Shown here: one piece after another, positions 1 through 13,900 of the stretch
How the letters are laid out: each line of letters begins with the position of its first letter
How positions within the stretch are numbered: position 1 is the first letter of the stretch
NCBI GenBank assembly: GCA_964016885.1
Contig: OZ024741.1
Span: 45,942,001 to 46,006,000, forward strand
Direction: 5' to 3'
From: Eledone cirrhosa
Taxonomy: Eukaryota
DNA length: 64,000 nucleotides
The notes under the pieces: generated by a model
Told to the model about the DNA's origin: nothing
The model's input: only the letters and a program-made list of their open reading frames with translations
Database searches by the model: none
Translations under genes and position numbers: made by a program

Positions 1-3000
1 GTGGAGTGACAAAACCAGCGAAGGCGATGAATTCACCGGTGGTTATGTAACCATACATTCGTCAATCCTCGATAAGAGTGTTTAAATGTCGAACCTAAAC
101 AGTTCGAATAACGGTGAAATGGAGACTAGAATGTCATGTGACAGACTCTCACCCAACAGGTGCTCCCTGGCTCAGCAGCAGGGACCTGGCTGTCAACCAT
201 ATACTGCTGGTGTCGGAGGAAGAAGAAGAAGGAAAGGGACCAGAACCAACTGGACGAAAGAATTGAATAGAACTGTTATGCAATGTTACCTGAAGAGTAA
301 CCCCAAGGAGAAAGGCTATAGGAAACGGATGCATAACATCTGAAACGAGATTGGTCTATCTAAATTAGATGAACAAAAATTGGCCGGGCAGGCTCGGGTA
401 ATAAGAACTAATGGGTGGATAAGCGAGCTGGAACTGGAGGAACTGAGCAGAGAGATTAGCTTGGAGATGGAGGGTGGAGTATGCCAGGAAAACGAGCCAG
501 TGGGAAATGAAGGTGAAGAGGTCGAGAGAACGGAGGAACCACCCGAAGCAGACAATGATCTGAATGCTGAGATAAATAATACCTGGAACAGAGATACGGC
601 CACTGAGGAGATGAATGCTGACGGGCTAGGACAAGATTTGGTTGATATCCTAAACTTAGTGGTAGATGAATTGAACAATGATAGTGGGAGACCTATGAAC
701 CTAATATTTGTAGACAGGAAAAAGTTAAACGAAACAACAGCTAAGGTAAACAAAGTCATCCCATACCTTGAGGCGAGGAGCCTTCACCAGTGCAACAATA
801 TCCTCAAAGCAACAGCAAATACGGTGAGGAAACTACTTGGTATAAAAGCTAGAGGAAACAACAGACAAGAAAGAGCAGAGCCTTGGTGGAAGAAACGACT
901 GAGTGGTCAAATCAGGGAAATGAGAAATGACATTGGAAAGCTTGAGTCCCTACTGAATGGGACACTAAAAAACAAAGACACTAAAAATAGACTGGAAATA
1001 AAGTACAAAGTTAGGAGGAAAAAGCTAAATATTATCATAGAGGAACTGAAGCAACGCATTGTAGCAAAGAGTGCAAAAATCAGGCGATACGAGAACAGAG
1101 TCAGTCAGTATAGACAGAACCGCATGTTCGACAACAACCAGAAGATGCTGTTTGGACAGATTGAAGTGAAAGAAAGAGGCAACGACTTGATCCCCGAGGC
1201 GGAACAAACTAAAACATTCTGAAGAGGAATATGGGAGCAGGATGTTAAACATAATGACCAGGCAGTGTGGATTGAGACAGTACAGAAGGAGATTAGTGAA
1301 CAGGCACACCAACAAACTGATTTGAGTATCACAGTTGAAACTCTTAAGGGGCAGGCCAAAAAACTAACCAACTGGAAATCACCAAGCCCAGATGGTGTGC
1401 AGGGGTATTGGATTAAACATATAACATCCCTCCACCCGAAACTGACAACCATGTTCAATGACTGCTTGATGTCAGGTGAGGTACCAGAGTGGTTGACAAA
1501 AGGTACCACAGTTCTGATAATGAAAGACCGAATCAAAGGTAATGATGTTACCAACTATAGACCTATCACATGTCTGTCCGTAATGTGGAAACTGTTGACA
1601 AGCATTATGTCTGAGGAAATCTACCATCACCTCCACACAAACAGCTTGTTACCGGACGAACAGAAAGGATGCCGAAAGAAGTCCCGTGGTACAAAGGACC
1701 AGTTACTTATTGATAAGATGGTAATGAGGAATTGCAAGAGGAGACACACTGGTCTTGCCATGGGATGGATAGACTACAAAAAGGCATTTGACATGGTGCC
1801 TCATTCTTGGATCACCAAAAGCCTGGAGATCTTCAAGGTGGCAGATAACATCAGACAGTTATTGGGCAAAAGTATGAAGTCCTGGGAAACAGAGTTAACA
1901 TCAACTGGAGAATCCTTGGGAAGCGTGAAGATCAAGAGAGGTATCTTCCAGGGTGATAGTCTGTCCCCTTTGTTGTTTGTCCTTGCCCTGATGCCCCTGA
2001 CCAGTGTACTGCGAAAAGTGAGAGCAAGATACAGGTTGGGAAAGGGAGGGCTTACCATCAATCACCTCCTCTTCATGGACGATCTTAAGCTCTTCGGGAA
2101 GAGTGAGAGGAGTTGGATGTGCTTGTTCACACTGTCCGTATTTTCAGCAATGATATATGTATGCAATTTGGTATTAGTAAGTGTGGAGTCATTGTGATGA
2201 AGATGGGTAAGTTGAGCAGAAGTAGCGGAATCCAGGTACCAACAGGTGAGATGATAAAGGAAATTGACTCTGAAGAAGGATACAAGTATTTGGGCGTTCT
2301 GGAGGCTGATGACATCAAGAACAAAAAAATGAAGGAATTGATAAGAACTGAATACATTCGGAGAGTAAGGAGCGTATTAAAGTCACATCTGAACAGTAGG
2401 AATGCCATAAGTGCAGTAAATTCCCGAGCTGTGTCTATTATTAGGTACAGTGCGGGAATTCTGAGATGGAATGTTGCTGAACAAAAAGAAATGGATAGGA
2501 AGACTAGGAAGCTATTGACTATCTACAACATGTTCCACAAGAGGAGTGATGTCGATAGACTCTAATTAAGGAGATCTGAAGGTGGAACAGGTCTTATCAG
2601 CATAGAGGACTGTGTTCAGATGGAGAAAAACAACCTACACAAATACGTGACTGATAGTAAGGAGCCAATGCTCAGAACTGTACTGAAGGTGGGGACAATA
2701 GGCCAGGGGATGTCCAAGGAGGAAATAACATCAAGGAGAAAGAGCACAATTCAGGAAAAATCCCTTCATAGTACCTTCTTTGAGAAAACTGAATTTAGAG
2801 ATCCACAGACATGGAACTGGTTGAAAAGAGGATACCTTAAAAAGGCTACAGAAGGAATGTTAATGGCTGCGCAGGAGCAGGCCCCATAACAAAGTGGTTG
2901 AAACACGATATTTACAAGGAGGAGGCTAGCCCACTGTGCAGGATCTGTGGAGAGAGTGAGGAGACTGTGGCTCACATTGTATCCGAGTGTAAATACCTAG

Positions 3001-3587
3001 CCCAGACTCACTATAAGGGCTGGAGACATGATGTGATGGGCAGGGTGATCCACTGGCACCTATGCAAAGTAAACAATTTACGACATTCTGAGAAGTGGTA
3101 TGAGCATAAGCCAGAGGCGGTGATATAAAACGATCAGGTAAAGCTGCTGTGGGATTTTAGGATACAGACGGACAAGAAACTTGAACACAATAGACCTGAC
3201 CTGGTGGTTGTGGACAAAGAAAAAAGATCGTGCCTGATTGTGGATGTGGCCTGCCCATTCGACACGAGAGTGCAAGAGAAGGAGAGGGAGAAAATTAACC
3301 GATACCAGGACTTAAAGAGGGAGGTAAAAAGGATTTGGAACTGCCATGAAGTCAAAGTGATCCCGATTGTCATAGGCGCACTAGGGACTATCTCAAAATG
3401 TTTCCAGGGATGGTTAAAGAAAATTGGCCCCTTCACGCTTTTTGGAACGCTTCAAAAGGCATGCTTGCTGGGAACAGCAAGAACCCTCCGATACGTCCTG
3501 AATATCTGAGGCTGCAGGTAGTGGCTTGATATTCATTTCAACAAACTTTCCAGTTAACTAACATCAATGACTGAGACTCAAAGTGTA
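1..3587 (+). mobile_element. R4/Dong-clade non-LTR retrotransposon, family A (RT + RLE), decayed; 5' end may lie before the window
   Basis: Consecutive ORFs 86-3509 give RT motifs (NYRPITCL, QKGC, WIDYKKAFD, GIFQGDSLSP, LLFMDD), CCHC finger CRICGESEETVAHIVSEC, RLE RPDLVVVD..IVDV and the C-terminal LQKACLLGTARTLR. A short 3' UTR is followed by (TAA)n. Confidence 0.9.
86..3509 (+). pseudogene. Disrupted single ORF of Dong family A (RT-CCHC-RLE)
   Basis: In-frame stops at 341-343, 1220-1222, 2563-2565 and 3126-3128, plus frameshifts near 2110 and 2885. Confidence 0.88.
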
Positions 3588-3592
3588 ATAAC

Positions 3593-3631
<39 letters not shown>
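3586..3631. repeat. (TAA)n microsatellite: Dong tail/target and Tx1 insertion site
   Basis: Direct reading. The tract resumes at 9522-9588 on the other side of the Tx1 element. Confidence 0.95.
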
Positions 3632-3632
<1 letters not shown>

Positions 3633-3874
3633 TTTTCTTTATTACCCACAAGGGTTCACATAAAGTAGACATTAAGGACAGTACAGGACAATACAGGACG
3701 GTACAAATGGGCATTTCTGCGTGTAAAAAAACAGAGGTTGAAATAAAATAACAAAGAAAAATTCCCCAATAGGGGGGAGACTTCCAAGGGACATTTGTGG
3801 AGAAAGCCCATTAAAAGACCACAGTGGCCCTGACCACCAGGGCAAGTGCCCTCTCCCAGTTTTCCACCTTTAAT

Positions 3875-6800
3875 TTACAGACACATACTCAGAGAAGGCC
3901 CATTCATTCGGGCCATACTTGCTTCTCTCACCCATCTTTCAACAAAATGCTGGGAAGAGAGCACTTCCCTCTCTACCCTGATTTTCCTTTTCAAATGAAA
4001 TTTGAAAAAGTTAATCAGGGCATCACCGAAGAGGTAAGTGCTCGTCTTTAGCCCTTTCAAACGTGTCCACCATACTATCTCTTTCGCCATGGCCACCAGA
4101 CAGATAAAAACTGCCTGCCCTTCCAGGCTAAAGGAAGGGGGCGGGGCAATCCTCACGATGGACTCAGCTGATAGCTGGATAGGTCCTACACGTGACAGCA
4201 GGTGTTCGACATAAACCCACAAGTCAGCAATGCTCGGACACTGGACGAGTGCGTGCAGGACGGTTTCGTCGCCCTGCGCGCATCTCGGACATGCCCGGCT
4301 GACGGCACCTCCATGCCTGTAGAGTTTATCCCGAACTGGCAAAGCTCCTCGGTAGCACTGCCAGGCCAGGGATTTCTGGAAGTTGTCCATAGGCCCCGGC
4401 CCGAAAGTCCTTCCGAAGAGATTGGCTAGTTGATTTTCGTCGACGCCTAGAGTTTCTCCAAGTACGTCGTCGCTCTTCCCCTCCACTAATCCCCTATAGA
4501 ACGCCAAGGTGGAGTTTCCACCGATCACATTGCCCGATTGGTCGAGGGCTGTGAGCGCCTGAAGACATTCCAGTCTCCAAGCGCTCCCTCTCGGTCTTCG
4601 CTTGACCCAGGACTGCAGCTCCGTCAAGGAGACGAGCTGGGGAAAAACGTGTCTTGCAAACGGCGACCACACCTGATCACCGTCGAGGAAGAGGTGGAGA
4701 TGTCGTAGCCTGAGCGCGTGTCTGCGCATCATCAGCCACGGCATGCCCAGCCCTCCACGTAGCGGGTGTTGACAGCAGATGGACCGCCTGACCATCGGAG
4801 CGCGTCCCTTCCACAAGAAGCGAAAGAGCAAACGCTCCAGCGCAGTCAGGCGGGGCTTAGGACAAGGTACGACGGTCAGGCGGTAGTAGATGACGGATGC
4901 GATGTACGCATTCGCCACCTCCGCTCGACCTTTCAGGGATAGCTTCCTCTCGGCCCATTTCTGGGTGAGAGAAGCCACCCTGCTCGTCACCTCGTCCCAG
5001 TTTTTGTCCGTCTGGAGGTCTGGACCGAACCAGACCCCTAGCAATGTAACCGGTCCGTCCGTCCAGCGCCCGACGACGCTGTTGGACGGCATGGACCTGC
5101 CTCTCCAGGTGCCGAGCTGCAGGCCCACTGACTTTTCCTAGTTGATCATTGCTCCTGTCACCGCTTCGTATTCTCTTAGTGTAGTGCCGATCGCCTCGAT
5201 GTGTTTGGCGTTCGACACCACTACGGTGACATCGTCGGCATATGCTGACACGGATCTTCCGCATCCTAGTTCGCGCGGGACCCCCCTCAACGTCTCCAGT
5301 TTGTGCAGTAATGGCTCGAGAGTCAATACGTACAATAGGGACGAGAGGGGACATCCTTGGCGGACCGAGCGCATGATGTTGAACGGTTCCGAAAGGTGAC
5401 CGTTCACTCTCACTACAGAGCAGATGTCGCTGTGCATGGCAGCGATCCAGCCTCTGAAGACGGGCCCAAAGCCAGCCGCTCTCAGGACTGCCGTTAGGTA
5501 ACGATGGTCGACCCTATCGAAGGCTTTCGACTGATCTAAATTGATCAAAGACCCACCCGTGCCAGGTTCCCTAGCTACCCTCTCTACGATGTATCGCATG
5601 AGGTGGAGGTTGTCGTGGATGGATCTGTCGGGAATGGCGCATGTCTGTGCCTCTCCCACCAGACCACCAACGACAAGCGCCAACCTCTTTGCTAGCACCT
5701 TGGCCAAAATCTTGAACTCTGTGTTTAGCAGAGTTATGGGCCTAAAATTATCTATGTTATCCCCCTTGTTCGGATCCTTTCTCAGCAGCGCCACCGCTCC
5801 TCGGCTCACAGAGCTGGGAATTCTCCCGTTCTGTTGCCAGTTGCAGTAGACGTCCGCCAAGAGGCCTCCGAACAAGTTTGGCATTTGTACGTAAAGTTCA
5901 TAGGGCAGACCATCCAAACCAGGCGATTTACCCCTTGTGCAACTAGTCATTGCATCCCGTACTTCAGCGGTTGTTATCGGCTTTTCGCAACACTCCGCCT
6001 CAGTGGCCGAAAGCCGCGGCAGTCCGTCGAGGTAGACACTAAAGTCCATCCCTCGATCCGGCCCGCCACTGCCCCCGAACAGTTGAGCGAAGTGTCGCTG
6101 AAAAGCTTCACACATTTGCCCGGGATCGAGTAGCATGCGCCCGTCGTGGTCCACCAAAGACCGGATCGTGGCTTTGTTGCCACGACGCGCCTCCGCCACT
6201 CGGGCCCATTGAACGGCTTTCGTCCCCTCGTGTCTGAGAGCACGTACCCTAGCTCTGACAACGCAGCCTTCGTGCTTTGCATTGAAGAATTGGTCAAGGG
6301 CCAATTTCGCCGCAAGTACGTCGGTCGCGATGCCTTTGCTAAGCGCCTCATCTAATTTTCTAACTAATTCTCCCTCTGCTCTATTTTTCTCTATTGCTAA
6401 AGTCTTACTAAACCTAATGGACTCTATTCTAATTGCTCTTTTCAGAGCAAACCACCACTTGTTGTTGACGATGGCCCCCGTCAACGCCCGCTTAACTAGT
6501 TCGCTAATCTGGTCTCTGTAGGCCTTGCGCGCTGGTAAGGACCCGTTTAACTTCCAGTAGCCGGGTCCTCGTCTATGAAGCCTATCTAAGTCAAGCACAC
6601 AGATCACGAATTTGTGGTCCGTGTAGCTGACTATCTTGAATTGTGGACAGCCTATGCTAGACCTATCTATTTCCCTACAAAATACTCTATCTAGATATGA
6701 TCTGGATGACCCTATGCGATTTGTCCAAGTCCACATTGGTACATTCGGGAAATCCATTCGGTACCTGTCAGACAGTTCAAAACGTCTGAGCAGGTTGGTG

Positions 6801-7294
6801 AGACTCTTGCACCCTCCTTCCCTATCCACTAATCCCACACAATCCCAGCGTGCATCTAAGATCCCGTTCCAGTCGCCCACTAACACTAAAGAGCGGGACG
6901 TTCCAAGAAAGGTCTCCAGACGCCGGAAGAAATCAGGCCGCCCTGCTCCTGTCGGGGCATAGACGGCCACTAACCTGAAAGCTTGCCCGTCTCCGCTGGT
7001 CACGTCCAGCACCACCAACTTACCTTCTGGGTACAGGAAGATGGCCCGTATGGCTAGATCCAAACCTCTCCGAAAAAGCACAGCAACTCCTCCCCCCGAT
7101 CCCGGACGGCTGGGAGATGCGTACACATCGTAGCCGCCGAAGATCGGTGCGAAAGCCTGTGCTTCGGAGATTCTGGTCTCGCTGATGGCCACTACATCTA
7201 TGGTTAGTGACCTGAGGTCGTTGAGCAGGTGGCCCTGCTTCCATGACGATCCCAAGCCACGTGCATTTATGCTGCCTATTCTGAGTGAGGTCAT
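3875..7294 (-). pseudogene. Tx1 ORF2: apurinic-like endonuclease + reverse transcriptase + C-terminal CCHC; one premature stop
   Basis: Motifs SINARGL, ISET, VYAP, GDWN, YLDR, YTDH (APE); SPGLDG, NFRPITLLN, DQSKAFD, VRQGCPLS, YADD (RT); CPRCAQGDETVLHALVQC. ORFs 5138-7294 and 3875-5128 are in the same frame, split only by TAG at 5138-5140. Confidence 0.92.
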
Positions 7295-7328
7295 GTTGAA
7301 AAGGAGTGGAAAAGATGGGAAAGACCAC

Positions 7329-9311
7329 TTACCTTACTTCTCGTAGGGGAAGGACGGCTTTTCCATCCTTTTCACTGCTTGTGGCCTCCTCAGGAAGGAT
7401 GTCCTTATAAATCCTCCTGGAGAGTGCTTGTCGGAAGTCTCCGATGTCTTTGGGGAATTTTTGTTTTAGTGTCATGTACGTTTTCTGTGTGATGCGAGTG
7501 ATTTGTATGTGTGGAGGTGGTGTGAATTTTGGGGTTGTTGTGTAGTCTTTTTCTGTGATGCTGGTGTTGTGTTGGATGTAGTGTAATAATTGCTTGTTGT
7601 TCAAATTTAATGCTGTGTAGTGTGTATCGTTTTGGTTGTTTTGTTTTGTTTGCGTTTGTTGTGGGTTTGTTTCTGTTTCGCATTTTGGTGACTTTTGTGG
7701 TGTAGGTGATTGTGGTGCTGGGGATAATGATGGTGATGGTGTTGGTGTTTGGGTTGATGGGGTTGGTGATGCTGGTGTGGATGGTGGCATATCTGTCTTA
7801 ACTTTTTTGTTTCTTAGTTTATTTGTTTCCCTCTGTATTTTGTTTTTGGAGGGGGAAGGAAGAGAATTTTTTCTTTTTTGGTTTCTTTTTTTTTCCGGAT
7901 ATCGTTTCCCACTCCTCGTCGTCACAATCTGTCTCCAGTTGTGATAGGCCGGGGAGTGGAAAATCCTCCACAGCCGTTAGTTTTGGTTGTGGTGTGGTGG
8001 ATGGTGTAGGCGCTGGTGCTAGTTCTGAAGCGTTGGATGGTGGTGGTGTTGGTTTTGCTGGTGGTGGTAGTGGTGTTGGTTTTGCTACTGTTGCTGGGGT
8101 TGTTGCTGTTATAGTTGCTTCTGTTGTTGCTGCTACAGTTGTTGCTGCCATCTCTGCTACTGGTGGTGTTGATGGTTGTGTCACTGGGGTGGGTAGGAGA
8201 GGTGGCCTCAACCTTTTAGCCTGAGGGCAGAAAGCCCTTAGGTGGGTTCCTTCACCACAAACGACACACCTAGGTCTTCTGCCCTCGACAATTACCGTGA
8301 GGTGGCTGCCGTCAGTGAGGTCTATTACCTCTGGGATCTCCTCAATGCTTTTTTGGTCCGCTTGGATCAGGAGCTCCATCCCATATCCGGACCAGTTTTC
8401 CTGCTTTTCTTTTGCTACTGCTATTATTTTCGTGTTGGCTTCGATGCCGGCGAGGACAGCCGCTATTAGCCAGGGAATTTCGATGGCCGGTGGAACGTGG
8501 GTCACCCTGATCTTTACGAGTCTCTGGCCACAATAGCTTGGGACGAGTGTGAGGTCGTCACTTTTTAATGGGGCCATGGAGTGTTCTCTAGCCTCTTCTG
8601 GTGTTTCAAAGAACACATCCACGGTTCCATACTTTTGCCCACGTCTGATGTGGGTTTTTCTTGCCCACACATGTCCCAAAGCTTTTTGGATTTGGGACTC
8701 GGATGCCCGTTCCACTCGGCGCGATTTTACATTTATTGTTCTATACGACACGGTGCACAGGCGCCGATGCTCCATTTTATTAGGTGGGGGGGGGGGCTGA
8801 CCCTGTACCCATCTTTCTTTACCATTTGTTTGGCATTTTCTAAATCTTCTTGAGTTACCGTGAACGCTTCGAATTGTTTTGCTACGATGGCGAAACTGAG
8901 GGTCGGTTTTATAATGTCATTGTTGTTGTTGTTGCTATCGTTAATATTAATTTTATTTTCAGTCGTGGTGGTGGTGACGTCAGTCGTCTTTGGTGGGGAA
9001 GAGTCCATTTTGCTTGATTTCATTTCGACGTCACGAGTTAATTTATTTTTTTCTTCTTTTGTTTCTGTTGTCGCGGTGGTGGTGGTGGTGGTGGTTGTCG
9101 CGGTGGTGGTGGTGGTGGAGGGTTTAACACCTGCAGTCATTGGTAATGGCGGGAAATGAATGTCTGCCTGAGACAAATTTAAAATATTGCTACTGCTTAT
9201 ATTTTTTTTTGTGTTGGCAAACGTAGTAACATTTACAATGGTGGTGTCGGTGTGAGGTGTTATTTTGTGAGGAAGGCTTTCAGCTGCTTCGTGCAGAGAG
9301 GAATTAGACAT
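7329..9311 (-). pseudogene. Tx1 ORF1 (gag-like, zinc knuckle, Pro/Thr-rich), frameshifted
   Basis: Overlapping ORFs 8733-9311, 7819-8775 and 7329-7925; knuckle CVVCGEGTHLRAFC. The first shift lies near the G-run at about 8785-8797. Confidence 0.75.
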
Positions 9312-9521
9312 TTTTTTTTCAAAGAAAATTTTGGATAATAATAAAAGTTAAAATTTTGGGCACAAGGCCCCAATCTTTTTGGGTGTCCTTTTCGGAAAAC
9401 AATGTATGTGTGCTTATAAACAGTTTACAATAAAATTTTCCATAAATGGCAATTTTTAAACAAACGGAAATAACAAACCTTTGCGGAGCTCACGATAATA
9501 CGATTTCCTACGTAGGTCGCC

Positions 9522-9587
<66 letters not shown>

Positions 9588-9589
<2 letters not shown>

Positions 9590-9899
9590 GAGAAGGAGAG
9601 GGAGAAAATTAACCGATACCAGGACCTAAAGTGGGAGGTGAAAAGGATTTGGAACTGCCATGAAGTCAAAGTGATCCCGATTGTCATAGGCGCACTGGGG
9701 ACTATCTCCAAAAGTTTCCAGGGATGGTTAAAGAAAATCGGCCCCTTCACGCTTTTTGGAACGCTTCAAAAGGCATGCTTGCTTGGAACAGCAAGAACCC
9801 TCCGATACGTCCTGAATATCTGAGGCTGCAGGTAGTGGCTTGATATTCAATCCAACGGACTTTCCAGTTAACCAACATCAATGACTGAGATTCAAGGAA
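9588..9899 (+). mobile_element. 5'-truncated Dong family A copy (last ~310 bp)
   Basis: Near-identical to 3274-3580 (RLE C-terminus and 3' UTR), with (TAA)n on both sides. Confidence 0.9.
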
Positions 9900-9909
9900 T
9901 AACAATAAC

Positions 9910-9944
<35 letters not shown>

Positions 9945-10945
9945 GAATAAGGGAAGAAGACGCACGAGGTGGTAGAACGTCACGAAATTGCTCCCGTAAG
10001 TTTTTTGATTTTTAACATATTTAAATCAATTGTGAAAGAACAATTCTTAGCACAAATGTTGCATAAAGGCACCGAATGAGGTCCCATAAAGTTTCGGATC
10101 CATATTATATTGTTGTATCGCTCAAATATTCAATTTTGTATTATATATTTTGTATTATATATTTTGTATCGCTCAAATATTCAATTTTGTATTATATATT
10201 TTGTATTCAAAAAAAGAAAATGGTTATAAATGGAACAAAACACCCTCTGTCTACACTATATAGAACAGCGGCAATTTCAATTTCACCAACACCAGAAACT
10301 TGATACACTACCTATCCCATCACACTAAATATAACGGCAACTTCACCGGCATCATAATAATAATTACTATTATTATTGTCTCAAATTTTAAAAAATGTTT
10401 AATTCAAATTTTACGGGAATATGTCAACACAAAATATAATGAAAATATATATTAAACATACGAACACAAACTCATAGATACTATATCAGTAACCACAACA
10501 CCACCGCTGCCACCACCCCACCACATCCATCATCGCCGCCACCACTCATTCAATGCTACTGACACTATTCCCCTGTTAACTTGAGAGAGAAAAGGGAAGG
10601 TGGTGGTAGCACTAGACAAGAGAGAGGCTAGAAAAAGATATAAATAGATTGACTTGGTGACCTTGCCACGGACAAACGTCTACATCAACAATTATGGGAC
10701 TGCTGGCCCACCCCTTCCTCACCAACAATATAAAAAGCCCCGGCACCACCACCGACATAGCCAGCAGCAATAACAGCCAACTACAACAAAAAGTATATTA
10801 TATTATTGTAATGCACTGGGTGATTGCTGGCCTTGTCCCTGGAGTGGAGACAATTATTAATAATTTCATTCTTAAGCCACGCAATGCTCACATTAAGGAA
10901 CCACTCATGATAATAACAATTTAAAAAAAACAACAAAAAGAAAAC

Positions 10946-13900
10946 CCCATGACCAAGAAATACCGGGATGGCGGCCGGCGGGGAATAGCCATGTCTCTAG
11001 GGGAGAACGACCCCTCTAGTCTTGGTTGACACTCGTTCTAGAAGTGGTAACACGAAAAGATTACCCCTTGGCGGATAAGGATAAAACGCGACAAAATAAA
11101 GTAGATGTCTAATGATGAAATCTCATACCGGATCGGCCGTCACCCGGGTAAAAAAGGGCCGCGTCCCTCAGAGAGGAACCAGACTGGGGTCGAAAAATCA
11201 GCTAATGGTTCAAACCTTCCCATCACTTCGGAGCTGGAGACCTCCCATAACCGGAATACTCCTACTGTTGACCCTCCATGCTCACCACCAAGAAATCCAA
11301 AGAAAAAGAGAGAAAAATGGTCAAGGGAAGATAATAAAGAAGTCCTTGAGGCTTTCTACACTGCCATGTACTACCCATCAAATACATCGAATACAGAGCA
11401 AACATATATCAACTGGAAAAAGAAACATCCCGAAAACAGAGGCTATATTGACAGTAACAAACTAGCCAATATACGAAGAAATATTGTAAGAAAAAAGTTA
11501 CTAACTGATATAGAAATTGATCAGATCAAGCTAGTAGCACAAAGTCAGCGAAGGGAAAATGAAGCATGTGTCAGTGAAAACGAGGTAAACTGTAACACTT
11601 CGAATCCCAGAGTTGGGGCGGAATCACTGGCAACAGAACAAATTAAAGAAAGGAGCGAAAAAGTGGAGGGAGTGCATGCTCAGGATGAAAATCCAAATGA
11701 AAATAATGAGATCGTAAATGATAAAGAAATGAATGAGAATGAACTTGCCAACTTGAAGGATGAAATTATGATCGAATGGATGAAAATGAAAGAATCTGAC
11801 ATGGGGGAACGAGACATCCTCCCTAAGATCCAGAACTCCAAACAGAACCAAAAGATAATACACAAGACTAACATAATTCTCAAAAACATTATCATCACAA
11901 ACAAAATAAACATTACTGACTTAAATCATCTCTATTATGCATCGGCTAAAGTCACCACTCACTTATGTGGAGTGAAGATGAAAAAACAAAGGAATTCCCA
12001 CAAGAAATCTACTTGGCAAGATAACATCAATCGCCAAATAAACCTTCTCCGATCTGACATAGAAATTTTAACAAACTATAAAGTAGGTGAACATGTTAAA
12101 CAAACTAAACTTAGAAAATTGAAAAAAAAGTACAGTATAAGATCAACATGTGACATAGACATGCTGATAGAAACAATCAAGCAAAAAGTGTCGGCCAAAG
12201 CAGCTCGTATAAGGCGCTTTGAAAAACGATCTAGATTCTATAAGGACAATAATATGTTCAAAAACAACCAAAGAAACTTCTACAGAAAAATTGGTAAGTC
12301 AACAATAACTGCTAAATCAATACCACCCAAGGAGGAAGTGCAAGAATTCTGGGAAAAGATCTGGGCCGAAGAAAAAGTTCATAACATACATGCCCCATGG
12401 ATAGACAGACAAATGAAAGAAACAGCTCACCTTGAAGAACAAACATGGGAAAATATAACAGTTGAACAGCTGCGCTTGGCTCTAAGAAAAACCAGCAAAT
12501 GGAAATCCCCAGGAAAAGACAAAATACAAAACTTTTGGATAAATGCCTTCACAGAGTCTCATGAGCTGTTAGCCGAACTTTACAATGAAATAGTTAAGGA
12601 GCCAGAAAAGATACCATCATGGCTAGTTAACGGCATTACATTCCTGCTACCGAAGAATGATGAGACAAACAATCCCAAAAATTACAGACCGATAACCTGC
12701 TTGACCACAATGTATAAAATTTTAACATCAGTCCTAACTGAATACACATATGACCACCTGATAACAAATGACCTATTTCCCATTGAGCAGAAAGGGTGTA
12801 AACGAGGCTCATATGGCTGTAAGGATCAGCTTCTGGTTAACAAAATGATACTGGAAGATTGTCATAATAGACACAAAAATCTATCGATTGCTTGGATAGA
12901 TTATAAAAAAGCATTTGATAGTTTGCCACACAGTTGAATTGAAAAATGTTTAGAGATTTTCAAAATATCCCCCGTTGTCAGGAGGTTTTTGTCATTCAGT
13001 ATGAGGACATGGAGAACGACACTCCTTTTGAATAGTGAAACAAAATCACTGGAAGCTGGAGAAGTTAACATTAATTGTGGAATTTTTCAGGGTGACTCTT
13101 TATCACCGCTTTTATTCTGCATCGCACTTATACCATTAAGTAAAATGCTCAATGAAACAAAACATGGATATAAAGTCTATGACAAAACCATTAATCACCT
13201 GTTCTACATGGATGACCTGAAACTATTTGCAAAAAATGATGAACAATTGCAAGGGCTATTATCCACTGTGAAGCAGTTCAGTGATGACATTAAAATGGAG
13301 TTTGGACTGGATAAATGCGCCAAAGCAACGTTCACCAGAGGAAAGCTGCTGAAGAGTTGACATTAATCTTGATCGGGGGAACGTGATAAGAGAGCTTGAT
13401 CAAGAACAAACTTACAAATATCTAGGTGTTTGTGAAGGAGACGGAATCAAGCACTCGACAATGAGGGAAAGGATAAGGAAGGAATGTTACCGCAGAGTCA
13501 GAGCAATCTTAAGAACGGAATTAAATGCAAGGAATAGGATCGATGCCATAAACACGCTTGCCATACCAGTAGTAACCTACAGTTACAATGTCATCAACTG
13601 GTCAAGCACAGAGATCCGTAGGCTCGATACAAAAATCCGAAAATTCTTAACCATGCACAGAATGCATCACCCTAAGGCAGACATAGATAGAATATATCTC
13701 CCTAGGAAAGAAGGAGGAAGTGGGTTAATCCAGTTAGACATTGCGTTGAAAACTGCAACAATTGGATTATCCACATATCTAAGGGAATCACATGATTGGA
13801 TGATCAAACTCGTTTTGAAACACGAAAGCACCAAAAGATCATATTCCATTACAAAAGATGCACAAAGATACAGTAATGGACTACAAATTTCAGAAGTCCC

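Larger units (their letters stand above)
3631..9521 (-). mobile_element. Tx1/L1-clade LINE, apparently full length, inserted into (TAA)n
   Basis: 5' UTR about 9521-9312, ORF1 with CCHC knuckle, ORF2 APE-RT-zf, 3' UTR ending AATAAAGAAAACA then (TTA)n. (TAA)n flanks both ends. Confidence 0.9.

Noticed and set aside
341-12937. In-frame TGA at Trp-like positions (341, 1220, 12935) suggesting recoding
   Set aside because: The same elements also have TAA stops and frameshifts and use TGG elsewhere, so simple TGG>TGA decay explains it.
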